Shown: one piece after another, positions 36,595 through 37,688 of the stretch
Numbering within the stretch: the first letter of the stretch is position 1
How the letters are laid out: each line of letters opens with the position of its first letter
Sequence record: DRR723986_6670
Strand: one strand, 5' to 3'
Length of the DNA stretch: 37,688 nt
Notes under the pieces: model-generated
Databases searched by the model: none
Seen by the model: only the letters and a program-made list of their open reading frames with translations
What the model was told of the DNA's origin: nothing
Made by a program: the position numbers and the translations under genes

Positions 36595-37497
36595 GTGCGA
36601 CGGCTACTGTCGGTAGTCTGCACAATGTTTGTGTTGGCCTTGTTGCTTGCCATGGGGAGTCTGCCCGCAGCGACGGCGGATCAGCCCGCAGATGATGATT
36701 CTCTGGTGACCAAAATTTTCACTGAAGGCGTTGAGATCCAAGAGGGATTTGCTGCTGAAGTTGGCAAGCCTTTACTGATGGAGGTTGAAGCGTCCGAGCG
36801 ATTGGCACAGGTGAAGGGGCTTGCTCCGAGGATTGCTTGGTCGCGGTTTTCGCAGGATTCAGTCTTTGCGCCAGTGGTTATTAAGACCGAGGCCGTCGAT
36901 GGGCCAGATGGTAAGCGAATCGCCTATCGTGTTCGATCGTCATTCTTGGTTCACGCTTCGATGGATGAATTGCAGGATAAGGAGTTGATGCAGGCGGCGT
37001 TGATGACCAGCAAGAAGGAAGACGAGTCAGCTTCGCAGAGTGATGAAGTGGGTGAACCGGAGCTCGCCAAGGTCGGCATTGAACCGCCTGGGGAGAATGT
37101 CTCGTATGGCAAAGTGGCCATACCGCTGCTGAATCGAGTTTCCTTATCTGGAGTCATTCAGGCGGAGAAGTTTGATGGCGACGGCTACCTAGGTGTAGCT
37201 TGGCACATGGATCCACGATTCACCGGAACCGAGCTTGCGAGCCAGTGGCGATTGATGAAGCGGAACAATTTGGGGCAACCTGAGTTGGGGCCACCACAGG
37301 ATTACCAAGGCTGTGGTGGGTTCATCACCGTGTTTGAGGTTGAGGAAGGGTTGTTGCTCGTCGAGTCGAAATTTGTCATGCATGAGCCCGCTGGATGGTT
37401 TGGTGGCAGTCAGTTTTTGCGGTCCAAGCTTCCACCAGCTTTGCAAGAAAACGCACGCTCCTTCCGTCGTTCGCTTGAGCAAGCAGCGGAAGAGTAA
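36595..37497 (+). CDS. Secreted hypothetical protein
   Basis: GTG 36595 follows GAGGA and opens a Sec signal (RRLLSVVCTMFVLALLLAMGSLPAATA); the ORF extension back to 36340 is not protein-like. Confidence 0.65.
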   Translation: MRRLLSVVCTMFVLALLLAMGSLPAATADQPADDDSLVTKIFTEGVEIQEGFAAEVGKPLLMEVEASERLAQVKGLAPRIAWSRFSQDSVFAPVVIKTEAVDGPDGKRIAYRVRSSFLVHASMDELQDKELMQAALMTSKKEDESASQSDEVGEPELAKVGIEPPGENVSYGKVAIPLLNRVSLSGVIQAEKFDGDGYLGVAWHMDPRFTGTELASQWRLMKRNNLGQPELGPPQDYQGCGGFITVFEVEEGLLLVESKFVMHEPAGWFGGSQFLRSKLPPALQENARSFRRSLEQAAEE

Positions 37498-37500
37498 CCG

Positions 37501-37688
37501 GTGAGCCTTGACGTGAGCAGCCCGGCTCCGGCGAGACGGCATGTGCAAGCCGCATTGGAGAAGAATGTCTCTCACCGAGGCACAAAGCCACGGAGAGGAA
37601 GCAGCGCGGAGCGTAAGCTTCCAGTTGGACGCTTTGATTTGCTGACAAGATTCTGTGAGTTGCCCGGCCGCTGACGCGTCGCGGCTCA
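37501..37688. repeat. REP/MITE-like element with imperfect terminal inverted repeats (may extend past the window)
   Basis: TGAGCCTTGACGTGAGCAGCCCGG (37502-37525) resembles the reverse complement of 37663-37688 (TGAGCCGCGACGCGTCAGCGGCCGGG). Confidence 0.5.

Noticed and set aside
1-37688. CRISPR array, prophage, integron, IS or defence system
   Set aside because: No regularly spaced repeats, integrase, transposase, phage or nuclease genes seen

Overview
Gene-dense bacterial chromosomal window, very probably a planctomycete (Pirellulaceae-like). This is inferred from DUF3500, a prenyltransferase-repeat Tat protein, a MoxR/DUF58/BatA/vWA cluster, a PEP-CTERM protein, a BMC shell gene and REP-like palindromes. 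About 30 CDSs were identified, with no rRNA, tRNA, CRISPR or transposase. Main content: (1) a split arginine succinyltransferase pathway, with astA-astD-astB on the minus strand, an M20 hydrolase plus a class III aminotransferase on the plus strand, and no astE; (2) a four-gene ABC-export/HEAT operon between those two halves; (3) a GT10-GT11-GT2 fucosylation cassette; (4) an ECF sigma/zinc anti-sigma pair followed by a spondin PEP-CTERM gene; (5) a metallophosphoesterase plus CDP-alcohol phosphotransferase pair; (6) a MoxR-DUF58-BatA-vWA operon; (7) a minus-strand run of Mo-oxidoreductase, myo-inositol oxygenase, prenyltransferase-repeat protein, tandem BMC protein and SGNH-like protein. The best sequence-level discovery is a TGTAA-N17-CGAC promoter-like motif in three intergenic regions, each in the sense orientation (upstream of the ECF sigma, the spondin gene and the ABC operon), suggesting a local ECF regulon. 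The tandem BMC gene also has a possible internal start that would yield a stand-alone 95-aa shell protein. All family assignments come from motif recognition by eye, not database searches.
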